From a bacterium (GTDB lineage Bacteria > UBA8248): a stretch of DNA of 64,000 nucleotides. Within the stretch, counting starts at the first letter, position 1; each line of letters opens with the position of its first letter. The stretch is from NCBI GenBank assembly GCA_965213625.1, contig CBDBZU010000004.1, forward strand, positions 352,001 to 416,000, read 5' to 3'. The notes below the pieces were generated by a model that saw only the letters and a list, made by a program, of their open reading frames with translations, had not been told where the DNA came from and did no database searches. This document shows positions 1 through 9,464 of the stretch, piece after piece. The translations under genes and the position numbers were made by a program.

Positions 1-509
1 AGCCGTTCATCATGGCTTTCAATGGGGTTCCGCGCATCGCGTACGCGCCCCTGTTCATCGCGTGGTTCGGAATCGAGCGGCAGCCGAAGATCATCCTGGT
101 CATGACCATCGTGTTCTTCCTGACTTTCGTGAGCACCTTTGCGGGCATCCGCGGCGTGAGCCGGGACTTGATCAACGTGTCGCGCGTATTGGGCGGGAGC
201 AAGCTCGCCATTCTGCGCAAGATCGTGATTCCCTCCGCCTCGCCGTGGATATTCAACGGCCTCAAGATCAGCATCCCCTTCGGCATGGTCGGGGCCATCG
301 TCGGTGAATACATCATCGCCGACAAGGGTCTCGGCTACCTGCTCCAGCGCTACAACAACGAGTATTACACCACGGGCCTGATCCTCATCATCTTCCTGCT
401 CATGATCCTGGTCATCATGGTGAACCAGATACTGAACTGGGCCGAAGGGCGCGCCCTGCGCTGGCGTCCCACGAGCCGGATGGGGCAGGAAACCGTCATT
501 CCGGGTTAA
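1..509 (+). CDS. NitT/TauT (SsuC-like) ABC transporter permease, 5'-truncated by window edge
   Basis: Hydrophobic ORF with VPRIAYAPLFIAWFG, EAA-loop-like segment and IVGEY..ADKGLGY typical of this permease class. Confidence 0.88.
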   Translation, partial: PFIMAFNGVPRIAYAPLFIAWFGIERQPKIILVMTIVFFLTFVSTFAGIRGVSRDLINVSRVLGGSKLAILRKIVIPSASPWIFNGLKISIPFGMVGAIVGEYIIADKGLGYLLQRYNNEYYTTGLILIIFLLMILVIMVNQILNWAEGRALRWRPTSRMGQETVIPG

Positions 510-565
510 GCGACGCCCCGGTCCGTATGAAACGCAGGCCGGTCCATTCACGGAGGTAAGAACCG

Positions 566-985
566 ATGCCACCCGTAGTCGTCCTCGAACAAGTCCGCGC
601 CCCCGTCGATAAAGTCTTCGAGTTCGTCGGGAACGTGGAGACGCATCCGCAGATAGCGCCATTCTCCAAGGAGGTGCGGATCACCTCTCCCGGCGGACAC
701 CAGGGGGCGGGCACCCGGTTTCACCAGACCTTTCACGACAGGCCCGATTGCGACTCGGTCATCACCGTCTGGGAGCCCCACTCGAAAATCGTCTGGGAGA
801 ACTATGTCGGCGGGAGCAGCAAGCCCGCCCAGGTCATCACCTACCGCTTCGAGCAGGACGGCGACGTCACCCACGTCATGCACACCGTGGACAACGACAC
901 CTATGAAGATCAGACCCTCCACCGGGGCGGGACGGAAGAGAACATCGTGGAACTGGCGAACCTGAAAAAACTGGCGGAAGGCTGA
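566..985 (+). CDS. SRPBCC (polyketide cyclase/dehydrase-like) family protein
   Basis: 139 aa, VRAPVDKVFEFV..., GAGTRF, WEP pattern; GGAGG RBS upstream. Confidence 0.8.
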   Translation: MPPVVVLEQVRAPVDKVFEFVGNVETHPQIAPFSKEVRITSPGGHQGAGTRFHQTFHDRPDCDSVITVWEPHSKIVWENYVGGSSKPAQVITYRFEQDGDVTHVMHTVDNDTYEDQTLHRGGTEENIVELANLKKLAEG

Positions 986-1100
986 AGACGGGAAGACGAG
1001 GCTGTCAGGCGGTGCGGTCTTGCTCAATGGGCGGGCGCGCTCTTGCCTGCAACCGAATTTATAAATTGCCTCTTTTTTCTTCCACCCAGGGCAACTATTT

Positions 1101-1188
1101 CTCATTCACTGAAAAACATCGATTTCCCGTGAATAATTCTCATAAATGCCCCTCATTCACTCTAAATTAACAAATTATTGTGAAATTA
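1101..1188. repeat. Direct-repeat copy 1 containing two 31-bp palindromes (1104-1134, 1155-1185)
   Basis: ATTCACT-N17-CGTGAAT and ATTCACT-N17-TGTGAAA, 51 bp apart; aligns with 2186-2274. Confidence 0.8.
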
Positions 1189-1206
1189 CATCCATGTTGG
1201 CGGCCC

Positions 1207-1255
1207 GTAGCCGGACAGGCCCCTATGCCTGTCCGGGGTTCGCGAACCGCCCTAC
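1207..1255. repeat. Pair of GTAG-type REP-like hairpins (BIME-like)
   Basis: GTAG-CCGGACAGGC-CCCTAT-GCCTGTCCGG followed by GGTTCGCGAACC..CCTAC; the CTAC end supplies the fic TAG stop. Confidence 0.6.
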
Positions 1256-2172
1256 AATCCCGGCACGTCAAACGCTCCTTCATCAGCCGCGTCAGACCCT
1301 CCCTCCCCAATCTTCCACACACCCTTTTCGCGGAAGGCCGGTATTGTCTGGCGGCGGGCGGCGTTGGTGGTGGCGGGGGCCGAGAGGCCCCTCTTCCTGA
1401 TGTAATCGGAGAGCCGCACCACCGACTCGCCGCGCAGGTAGGTCACCCGCTTGTGGAGCGATTCCAAAAGCGCCAACGAGAGGATGTTCTCCATTGTTCT
1501 GGTAGTCCGGCGATCGCGATAGTCGTTGAACGCCTGATAGTACCTCTCCTTGTCCGAGTTGCGAATGATGAGACGCGGAAGGCCGAGTTGTAAAAGCTGG
1601 AAGTTGATGAGCACCCGCCCGATGCGGCCGTTACCGTCGCAGAAGGGATGAATCGTCTCGAAATCCAGGTGGAACCGGGCGATCTTGTCCAGGCAGTAGG
1701 AATCCAGATCGCTCGAATATGTGATGAGAACGTTCTCCAGCATGCGCTCCACGTGCTCGGGCGCCGGCGCGATATGCGTACCCACGCGCACGTACTCCCC
1801 CTGCCTCCGAAACCGGCCCGCAATACCGTCGTCGATTCCGCCGATGAGCATTTGGTGCAAGAGCAGTATCAACTCCTCGTTTAGTTCGCCCTCTTCCGCC
1901 CGCGCGCGCTTGTATTCGGTGACGCGGGCCAGGTTCTTCGCCTCGAAGACCTCCCGCACGGACACATCTCGCGAGAGGGTTTGCTCCAGCAAGATTCTTT
2001 CGGTCTCATCGAGAGTGAGGGTGGAGTTTTCTATCGCGTTCGAGTTGTAGACGCTCTCGGGCGCTTCCACCTCGTCGATCATCGCCAGGAGCGACTCCTT
2101 GCCCCGGCGCAAGGAGTCGTACTCCCGCTTGAGAGTGCCTATACGATCTCTGGTCGGTCCCGGAGTAGCCAT
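1252..2172 (-). CDS. Class II Fic family protein with C-terminal HTH-like extension
   Basis: Intact HPFCDGNGRIGR motif; N-terminal inhibitory-type SNAIEN; C-terminal LSDYIRKRGLSAPATTNAARRQTIPAFREKGVWKIG. Confidence 0.92.
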   Translation of the reverse strand: MATPGPTRDRIGTLKREYDSLRRGKESLLAMIDEVEAPESVYNSNAIENSTLTLDETERILLEQTLSRDVSVREVFEAKNLARVTEYKRARAEEGELNEELILLLHQMLIGGIDDGIAGRFRRQGEYVRVGTHIAPAPEHVERMLENVLITYSSDLDSYCLDKIARFHLDFETIHPFCDGNGRIGRVLINFQLLQLGLPRLIIRNSDKERYYQAFNDYRDRRTTRTMENILSLALLESLHKRVTYLRGESVVRLSDYIRKRGLSAPATTNAARRQTIPAFREKGVWKIGEGGSDAADEGAFDVPGL

Positions 2173-2185
2173 GCCGTTAATATAT

Positions 2186-2274
2186 CTTATTCACGTTATA
2201 ATAACAATAATACGTGAATACATTCCTTATTATGCCATTTATTCACGATAATTTATCCAAATAACGTGAATTTA
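2186..2274. repeat. Direct-repeat copy 2 containing two 31-bp palindromes (2189-2219, 2241-2271) over the fic promoter region
   Basis: Two perfect ATTCACG-N17-CGTGAAT sites 52 bp apart, first one 17 bp upstream of fic ATG. Confidence 0.85.
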
Positions 2275-2572
2275 TTTTCTTGTTGATACCCAGTCCCGAT
2301 CGAGACCGGTGGGCTGAAGTTCTCTAAATCACTCCCACCTTGATGATGCGCATCCACCCCAAGTAGGGAGAACCGACATGAATTCCCCCCTTCGAGCAGA
2401 GCATGATGTAAGATGATTCCACATCCAGCATTCAAGAAAGGCGTCAAATAATCTTGATTCGTTCGGATTGATGGATACGCTGGAAGGGGCTCTCGCCGTA
2501 GCCTCACTGGTTCGATACCACGCTCTTGAGGGATTCCGCCGATCTGGCTGCACGCACAGGAGGGCATGGAAC

Positions 2573-3652
2573 ATGTTGAAAAAAGAAATCGGAGTCGCCG
2601 TAATCGGGTCGGGCCGCATCGGGACGCTTCGCGCCAACATGGCCTCGCGTCACCCGTCCGTCCGGTTTCTCGCCATTTCGGACAAGGAGCCCGAGCGTGC
2701 GGATTTGCTGGCCGAAAGCGTCGCGGCGCATCTCTCCTCGGGAGACAACTACGAGATCATCTCACACCCCGAAGTGGACACCGTCATCGTCTCGACACCC
2801 GAGCACGATCATGCCGAAGCCATCCTTCAGGCCCTGGAGTTGGGAAAGCCCGTATTTGTCGAAAAACCACTGACCCTGACCCTGGAGGATGCGGACAAGG
2901 TCGTGGAGGCGGTGGAAAGAACAGGTGTCGAACTCCGTATCGGCTACTCCCGGCGTCATGACCGCCGCTGGATGCTGGCCCGTGAGCAGGTGGCCCGGGG
3001 ACGACTCGGTCAGATACTGGGAATCAATTCCCGCATATACTCCTCGAGAGCCCAGATTGCCGAGCCCCTCAAGCGCTCACCGAACGCAACGCCGGTCCTC
3101 GACGTTCTCACCTACTATGTGGACATGGCCTGCTGGTTTCTGGAGGGTATCCGCCCGGTGGAAGTGTTCGCCAGGGGGAACGCGAAAATCTTCAAATCAT
3201 GGGGTTACTCCGCTCACGACGTCACCTGGTCCATCATTACCTTCGAGGACGGCACGGTCGTAAACCTCGGTGTATGCTGCGCCCTTCCCGCAAAATACCC
3301 AACCTATGGACAAAGCGCCCGCTTCGAGGTTCTAGGGGAGGACGGAGCCATCCTTCTGGATGTCGACAACAAAGACAGTTTGTTGTTCACCGACAAAGGC
3401 GTGCCCCACGCCTACGTTCCCGATCATCATGTAAATTTGCTCTTCATGCAGAGCAACTCGTCCGGCGACTGGGCCATGGGTGACTACTGGGGGCCTATCG
3501 CGAACGAGACACGCTCATGGCTCGACCACCTCGCAACCGGCTCCCCTTGCGTTCACACGACTGCTATCGAGGGCCGGCGGACACTGGCGCTTACATTGGC
3601 CATTGAAGAATCGGCAAGAACCGGCGAGATAATTTCCTTGTCTCCCCACTAA
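2573..3652 (+). CDS. Gfo/Idh/MocA family oxidoreductase
   Basis: GSGRIG Rossmann motif, GKPVFVEKP; start placed at ATG 2573 after AGGAGGG. Confidence 0.92.
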   Translation: MLKKEIGVAVIGSGRIGTLRANMASRHPSVRFLAISDKEPERADLLAESVAAHLSSGDNYEIISHPEVDTVIVSTPEHDHAEAILQALELGKPVFVEKPLTLTLEDADKVVEAVERTGVELRIGYSRRHDRRWMLAREQVARGRLGQILGINSRIYSSRAQIAEPLKRSPNATPVLDVLTYYVDMACWFLEGIRPVEVFARGNAKIFKSWGYSAHDVTWSIITFEDGTVVNLGVCCALPAKYPTYGQSARFEVLGEDGAILLDVDNKDSLLFTDKGVPHAYVPDHHVNLLFMQSNSSGDWAMGDYWGPIANETRSWLDHLATGSPCVHTTAIEGRRTLALTLAIEESARTGEIISLSPH

Positions 3653-3861
3653 CCCGATAACCGGGATTTGCGCTATATCCATTACGGAAATTTCAGGGGG
3701 AACTGGAGTGCGCCATCTCTTGCGGAAGGGTTCTCTCGAAGCCCCAAAAACGGCGTCAAGGAACGAGGGATTTCGACTGATGCAATAGGGGTTCCTGCCG
3801 ACCAGAGAGGGACTGCGCGCACGCCAATCCCTCCTTCATCAGTCGGTATTGGCCTTTCTTC

Positions 3862-3890
3862 TTGACACTCATCTTGCCCCTCGCTAGGTT
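3862..3890 (+). promoter_or_regulatory. Sigma70-type promoter upstream of fhs
   Basis: TTGACA-17bp-TAGGTT; near-identical copy at 42561-42589. Confidence 0.6.
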
Positions 3891-3943
3891 GCTTGGGGTG
3901 TTCATCCACCCCGCATACATCACCACTGGTTCAGGGAGACGCC

Positions 3944-5626
3944 ATGGCCATCGCATCGGATGTTGAAATCGCCCAAGCCGCGAAACTGAAACCTATAGCC
4001 GAGATTGCCGAAGAACTCGGTCTCGCGACTGAGGAGATAGAACCCTACGGCGCCCACAAGGCCAAGATCGGCCTGGACGCGCTCGAACGCCGCAAGAACG
4101 ACCCCGACGGCAAGCTCATCCTCGTCAGCGCCATGACGCCCACACCGCTGGGCGAGGGCAAGACGCTCACCACGGTGGGCTTAGGCCAGGCGCTGGCGAA
4201 GCTCGACAAAAAAAGCGTCATCTGCGTGCGCGAGCCCTCGCTCGGCCCGGTGTTCGGCATCAAGGGAGGCGCGGCCGGCGGCGGTATGTCCCAGGTGCTG
4301 CCGATGGAGGACATCAACTTACACTTCACGGGCGACATCCACGCGGTCACCTCCGCCCACAACCTGCTCTCGGCTCTGCTGGACGCGCACGTCTTCCACG
4401 GAAATGACCTGGGATTCGACGTGAACCGCGTCACCTGGAAGCGCGTGCTGGACATGAACGACCGCGCGCTGCGCCACGTCCTCGTGGGTCTCGGCGGCAG
4501 GACGCACGGCGTCCCGAGGGAAGAGGGCTTCATGATCACGGCGGCGTCTGAAATCATGGCCGTGCTGTGCCTCGCGAGCAACCCGGGGGACATGAAAGAG
4601 CGCATCGCGCGGATCGTGGTGGGCTACACCAGAAAGGGCGCGCCCATCACCGCGGGCGATCTGAACGCCGCCGGCGCGATGGCCCTGCTCTTAAAAGACG
4701 CCATCAAGCCCAATCTCGTGCAGACGCTCGAGGGATCTCCCGCCTTCGTCCACGGGGGGCCTTTCGGGAACATCGCCCACGGGACGAACTCGCTCATCGC
4801 GGACAAGCTGGCGCTCAAACTCGGCGACGTGATGGTGGTGGAGGCGGGTTTCGGTTCGGACCTGGGCGCAGAGAAATTCTTTAACATTACCGCACGCACG
4901 GGTGGATTGAGCGTGGACGCGGTAGTGCTCGTGGCCACCATCCGCGCGCTGAAGCTCCACGGCGGCGTTCCCTTCGATAAGGACGCCTTGGCGGAGGAGA
5001 ACGTGGATGCCCTCACGGAAGGCTTCGCCAACTTGAGAACCCACATCGAGAACATGAAGAGTTTCGGCGCGCCCGTGGTGGTGGCCGTGAACCGTTTCGC
5101 TTCGGATACAGATGCGGAAGTCGCGCGCGTGAAGGAACTTTGCACCGAGGCGGGAGCGCCGTGCTGCCCGCATGAGCTTCACGGAAAAGGCGGCGAGGGC
5201 GGCCTCGAACTCGCCGAGACGGCGTTTGACCTGGCCACTGCGAACGATGCGCCCTACACGCCGCTTTATCCTCTCGATATGCCGCTCAAGGAGAAGATAG
5301 AGACCATCGCGACGCGCATCTACCGCGCGGACGGGGTGCGCTTCGAACCGGCAGCGGCGCGCAGCCTGCGCTCCCTGACAAGGCTCGGCTACGGCGGGCT
5401 TCCGGTCTGCATCGCGAAGACGCAGGCCTCCCTGTCTGACGACCCCAAGAAACCGGGCGCGCCTACGGGCTTTATCCTGAACGTGCGCGAGGTCAACGTG
5501 TCGGCAGGGGCCGGGTTCGTCGTCGCCATCGCCGGAAACATCATGCAGATGCCCGGCCTCGCCAAGACCCCCGCCTCGGCGGGCATGGACGTCACGGCTG
5601 AGGGCAAAATTACGGGGCTTTTTTAA
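3944..5626 (+). CDS. fhs: Formate--tetrahydrofolate ligase
   Basis: TPTPLGEGKT, REPSLGPVFGIKGGAAGGG, HGGPFGNIAHG, C-terminal ITGLF. Confidence 0.98.
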   Translation: MAIASDVEIAQAAKLKPIAEIAEELGLATEEIEPYGAHKAKIGLDALERRKNDPDGKLILVSAMTPTPLGEGKTLTTVGLGQALAKLDKKSVICVREPSLGPVFGIKGGAAGGGMSQVLPMEDINLHFTGDIHAVTSAHNLLSALLDAHVFHGNDLGFDVNRVTWKRVLDMNDRALRHVLVGLGGRTHGVPREEGFMITAASEIMAVLCLASNPGDMKERIARIVVGYTRKGAPITAGDLNAAGAMALLLKDAIKPNLVQTLEGSPAFVHGGPFGNIAHGTNSLIADKLALKLGDVMVVEAGFGSDLGAEKFFNITARTGGLSVDAVVLVATIRALKLHGGVPFDKDALAEENVDALTEGFANLRTHIENMKSFGAPVVVAVNRFASDTDAEVARVKELCTEAGAPCCPHELHGKGGEGGLELAETAFDLATANDAPYTPLYPLDMPLKEKIETIATRIYRADGVRFEPAAARSLRSLTRLGYGGLPVCIAKTQASLSDDPKKPGAPTGFILNVREVNVSAGAGFVVAIAGNIMQMPGLAKTPASAGMDVTAEGKITGLF

Positions 5627-5659
5627 AGAGAACGACGCCCGGCTTCAATTTAGTCCAAA

Positions 5660-5860
5660 CTATGTCTGACTTTCACCCACGCGATTCCACAATCGATCTA
5701 TGTGATCTTTCAATTCTTCCGTTTGGTCAGAAAGATTGTCCATCCTCTCCGTAATTCTTCTGACGTATACAAAGCCGGCAATAGCGATCAGGGAAGGCAA
5801 AGCCACGCCGATGACCGCCATGAGTATGGAAATAATCTGCAATTGAAGTTCAATATTCAC
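5660..5860 (-). CDS. Small membrane-anchored coiled-coil protein
   Basis: GTG start overlaps upstream stop (GTGA, 5857-5860); one TM helix then a charged helical tail. Confidence 0.55.
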   Translation of the reverse strand: MNIELQLQIISILMAVIGVALPSLIAIAGFVYVRRITERMDNLSDQTEELKDHIDRLWNRVGESQT

Positions 5861-6093
5861 CTGGCCGACCTCCCCATCAAGCTCATTCTTGTGGGGTTGC
5901 CCCATCGCGCCTGTTCGCTCTCCCATACGAGAGCTTCGTCCATCGTGGTCGCGCTGCCCACCTGCTTGATGTAGCCGGCTTCCCCGAACTCCTGTTTGAG
6001 TTCGCGCTCGCGCTTTTCGAGATCTTTGGTGATACCGGAATACAAGGTCTTCTTGCCCATCTTGAAGTGATACTTGTAGGTCTTTCTCGCCAT
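5857..6093 (-). CDS. Small GIY-YIG-like protein
   Basis: TYKYHFK..LYSGITKDLEKR..E pattern resembling a minimal GIY-YIG; GGAG RBS. Confidence 0.6.
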   Translation of the reverse strand: MARKTYKYHFKMGKKTLYSGITKDLEKRERELKQEFGEAGYIKQVGSATTMDEALVWESEQARWGNPTRMSLMGRSAR

Positions 6094-6167
6094 CTCCCAG
6101 CCTCCATGATTATCTCGTGGAGTAGTACCTCATCGTATCGGTAAACCACGGAGGCGGCAACGGCCTG

Positions 6168-6578
6168 TTATTCCCCGCTCAGCTCATCCAGCTTGCTCTC
6201 GAGCCTGTCGATGACCTCTTCGGCGTCGTCCGCCGCTTTGTAGTCCTGCGCCAGGTCGCCGTCACCGCAGGGGCTTTTCACGACGAAGAACACGGACTTC
6301 TCCCCGATGGTGCGTCCGCCGTGGCGCGTGTTCCGGGGGATGTGGACGAGGTCGCCCGGCTCGACGATGCGCTCCTCATCGCCCACGATCACGTAGCGCC
6401 TGCCTTCCAGGACGAGGTAGAACTGCTCCTCGTTGGGGTGGTAGTGCGGCGTCGCGCCCTCGCCCTCGAGATAAGTAACGATGCCCACCTTCATCAACTC
6501 GCCCGGCACCGTCTTGGCGGTCGCAGGCGATATCGCGGCGCGAACCTCTTCCATCTCGGAAATCTTGTAAAACGGCAT
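6168..6578 (-). CDS. Cupin domain protein
   Basis: PHYHPNEEQF...G...HIPRNTRH. Confidence 0.9.
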   Translation of the reverse strand: MPFYKISEMEEVRAAISPATAKTVPGELMKVGIVTYLEGEGATPHYHPNEEQFYLVLEGRRYVIVGDEERIVEPGDLVHIPRNTRHGGRTIGEKSVFFVVKSPCGDGDLAQDYKAADDAEEVIDRLESKLDELSGE

Positions 6579-6591
6579 TCTCCTGCCTCCC

Positions 6592-6996
6592 TTAAGAAAA
6601 TTCGCTGAGTTTATCCTCTAGGCGGCGGACGATGGCTTCGGCGTCTTCCGCGTCGTTATGATCCTGATCGAGCGTACCGTCGCCCGAGGGACTCTTGGCG
6701 GTGAACATGCGCACCTCGTCGATGATGACGCCGCCGTGCGTCGCCCCCCGGGGGATGTGGACGAGATCACCGGGACCGATGAGCATCTCCTCGTCTCCCA
6801 CGATCATCCATTGCCTGCCCTCCAGAATGAAGAGGAACTGCTCCTCGTTCGGGTGGTAGTGGGGTCTCGACATCTTCCCCTTGGGATAGGTGACGAAGCC
6901 CACTTTCATCAACTCCCCCGCCAGTCCCTTGAAGCGGCCCATGGGCTGGGCGGCCACGTGCGATTCGGCCATCTCGGATGATCTGTAAAACGGCAT
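6592..6996 (-). CDS. Cupin domain protein (tandem paralog of 6168-6578)
   Basis: MPFY start, GELMKVG, PHYHPNEEQF, HIPRGATH shared with neighbour; GGAGGAG RBS. Confidence 0.9.
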   Translation of the reverse strand: MPFYRSSEMAESHVAAQPMGRFKGLAGELMKVGFVTYPKGKMSRPHYHPNEEQFLFILEGRQWMIVGDEEMLIGPGDLVHIPRGATHGGVIIDEVRMFTAKSPSGDGTLDQDHNDAEDAEAIVRRLEDKLSEFS

Positions 6997-7254
6997 TTGA
7001 TACTCCTCCTTATGTTTTTCCCCCGACACGGCGTAGAGAATGCGCGGGGCGACCCTTCCAGTCAGGAACAGCCGGAATGTTCTGGAACCCTTGTCACAGG
7101 CAACGCCGGATTTCGCCCATTCTATAGAATCCGCCCGCATTTCGCACGGGAGAGCCTCGGCGCGCCTACTGGCGATTCGGCGGCCTGAAGAATATGGTAA
7201 TATCCCTTTCGGAAGCCGCCGTTCGACTCAAAAGTTTCCGGAGGAAGTCCCGCC

Positions 7255-7824
7255 ATGCTCCGCCATATCGCCTATGGGCTCAAACGCTTCATCGCACTCG
7301 CAATCGCTCTCTTTCTCGCTGGCTGCGCAGTACAGACGTTCCCGACCTTAGGTGTTTTGAGGGAGGGGCTGGCCTCCATGGTGGGTGCGCCCGTCGACGC
7401 GCTCGTCCAAAAGATTGGCTACCCGGAGAGTGACGTCACAGTCGGCGGCCGGAAAGTCTACACATGGGAGCACAGAAAAACCTTCACCTATCTGGTGCCG
7501 GAGAACATCTGCCGCGATGAGATCGTGTTCTATCCCAAGGGCCGCAAGGAAGTGGTGCGGGTGTGCGAGACGCATCAGGTGGAAAGAACCGTACTGCACC
7601 ACTGCACGCTCAAGGTGGAAGCCGACGAAGGGGAAAAAATCACCGGTTTCACCTACGACGGGAACGCGGACGGATGCGAGCGCTACGCCGCGGTTTTCCG
7701 GAATCTCCCCTATGAGGAGTGCATCCAGAAGCTCTCCGGCCTCAAGTTCGCGGTGAACATAGGCACGGAGCCGCAGGAGAAGCTGACCGCCGCGGTAGCC
7801 CGTTGCAAGAGATTGCACCGCTAG
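7255..7824 (+). CDS. Putative lipoprotein, unknown function
   Basis: Signal peptide with LAGC lipobox; several Cys. Confidence 0.7.
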   Translation: MLRHIAYGLKRFIALAIALFLAGCAVQTFPTLGVLREGLASMVGAPVDALVQKIGYPESDVTVGGRKVYTWEHRKTFTYLVPENICRDEIVFYPKGRKEVVRVCETHQVERTVLHHCTLKVEADEGEKITGFTYDGNADGCERYAAVFRNLPYEECIQKLSGLKFAVNIGTEPQEKLTAAVARCKRLHR

Positions 7825-7855
7825 ACCCCAAATCGTTACGAAAGCTTCAAGGCTT

Positions 7856-9250
7856 TCACGCCGTCTGTTTCGCAGTCCGCTCCCGCTCGCCCGCCCCGCT
7901 CAGTAGCCGCATCAGGGAATCGATCTCGGGCTGTGCCTCGAAAGATTCCAGAAGTGAGAGCACTTCCTCATATTCATCGGCTTCGAGGATGGTTTTCGCG
8001 CAGTCGCGGAACTTCGAGCGTATCTTCTCATCTTCCAGCGGCAACAGCGCGCAGCCGCGCGAGACGTCCGTTCTCTTTTTGAGAACGCGCCCGTCGTTCA
8101 GGCAAACGCGCACCTCGCTCGGCCTTCGCATGCCGGGCCGCCAGCCCATGTCGTCCGCCGTAACGTCGATTTTCTTCATCCACCCCTGGAGCAGGGGTTC
8201 GCGCACCGCCTCGTCCGTGAAGGTCTCGAGGCGCAAATCCCTGTCCAGCAGCATGCGCGCGAGGCAGTATTCGATGGAGAACTTGCCTTCCAGCCCCGTT
8301 TGGGGCGTGTGGTAGCGGAGAACCTGCATCGAGATTTCGAGCAGGGAGACCTCGATTCGCGCAACATCCGCCGCCGTCACGCCCGCCTCCTCCACCAGGT
8401 CATAGAGCGCGTCCACCGCCGGGTGCGTCGAGAGGCAGCACGGGTAGGGCTTCATGTTCATGCCGGGATCGGCGAGCGAATAGGGTCTTCCCAGGCTTTG
8501 GGCGATCTCATCGGGATCCGGCGCGCCGCCGCCTGCGTATACTTGCAGGAATCCGCGCGGGGCCTCGAGTATCGCCGTGTTCGCCGTGAGGCCCGCCGCT
8601 GCGAGTTCCGCTGCGCGAAGGCCCGCTTCGGGCGCGAGACCTGCGTGCAAGGGCTTCGTCATCGTACCGAAGTTCGCATGAACGCCGGACGCATGAGAGG
8701 CCGCGATGCCGAGCGCGTGGCGCGTCGTCTCCACGTCGAACCCGCGCAGGTGGGCCGAGGCCGCCGCCGCGCCCAGCGTGCCGAGCGTGCAGGTGGAATG
8801 CCAGCCCGCGCCGTAGTGCTCGGGATTCATCCCCAGCCCCAGCTTGGTCGATATCTCGTAGCCGATGACGAAGGCTTCCAGCACCTCGCGGCCCGACGCG
8901 CCCTGCTTCTCCCCCTGCGCCAGGACGGCGGGCAGGACGACCACGCTCGGGTGGCCGCTCAGCAAGTAGCTCGAATCGTCGAAGTCGAGCGCGTGGCCTA
9001 TCGCCCCGTTGACGAGGGCGGCCAGCGGCGCCGCGGCGCGCTCGCCCGCGCCGATGATGCTCGCCTCGGGCGCACCGCCCATATTCCGCGCGAAGTCGGC
9101 CACGATTCGCCCCACGGGCTCGTTCACGCCCGCCAGCGTCACGCCTACGGTGTCGACCACCGCCTTCTTCGCGCGCTCAATCGCAAGCGCCGGAAAATCC
9201 GCCCACTTCGTCTCGACGATGAATTCCGCCATCCGTTCGGTAACGCTCAT
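7856..9250 (-). CDS. MmgE/PrpD family protein
   Basis: HALDFDD, HPS, GWHST, NFGTMTKPLHAG, KPYPCC. Confidence 0.95.
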   Translation of the reverse strand: MSVTERMAEFIVETKWADFPALAIERAKKAVVDTVGVTLAGVNEPVGRIVADFARNMGGAPEASIIGAGERAAAPLAALVNGAIGHALDFDDSSYLLSGHPSVVVLPAVLAQGEKQGASGREVLEAFVIGYEISTKLGLGMNPEHYGAGWHSTCTLGTLGAAAASAHLRGFDVETTRHALGIAASHASGVHANFGTMTKPLHAGLAPEAGLRAAELAAAGLTANTAILEAPRGFLQVYAGGGAPDPDEIAQSLGRPYSLADPGMNMKPYPCCLSTHPAVDALYDLVEEAGVTAADVARIEVSLLEISMQVLRYHTPQTGLEGKFSIEYCLARMLLDRDLRLETFTDEAVREPLLQGWMKKIDVTADDMGWRPGMRRPSEVRVCLNDGRVLKKRTDVSRGCALLPLEDEKIRSKFRDCAKTILEADEYEEVLSLLESFEAQPEIDSLMRLLSGAGERERTAKQTA

Positions 9251-9464
9251 GCCGCGCCTCCTCCCTCGGGCGCCCCGGGGCGCCGCTTTACTCTCAAGAT
9301 AATTCCCGCTCCGCAGTATAACCCCTCGCGGTGGTTTTCCCACGCCATAGAGTGGGAGTCATTCAGATGTTGAAGAGCCTGTCCCGGCCGCAATCAAATT
9401 TTTTAGATTTTTTTAGAAATGAGTGATTTGCTGCTCACTAACAGACAAAATTAGATTTCAAAAA

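Noticed and set aside
2482-2540. tRNA(Sec)-like look: GGAAG start, GGTTCGATACC, TTCCGCC end
   Set aside because: Only ~59 nt, 3-bp T-stem, no anticodon or D arm
3653-3943. ZTP or THF riboswitch upstream of fhs
   Set aside because: Conserved motifs not recognised, and the predicted leader is only ~50 nt
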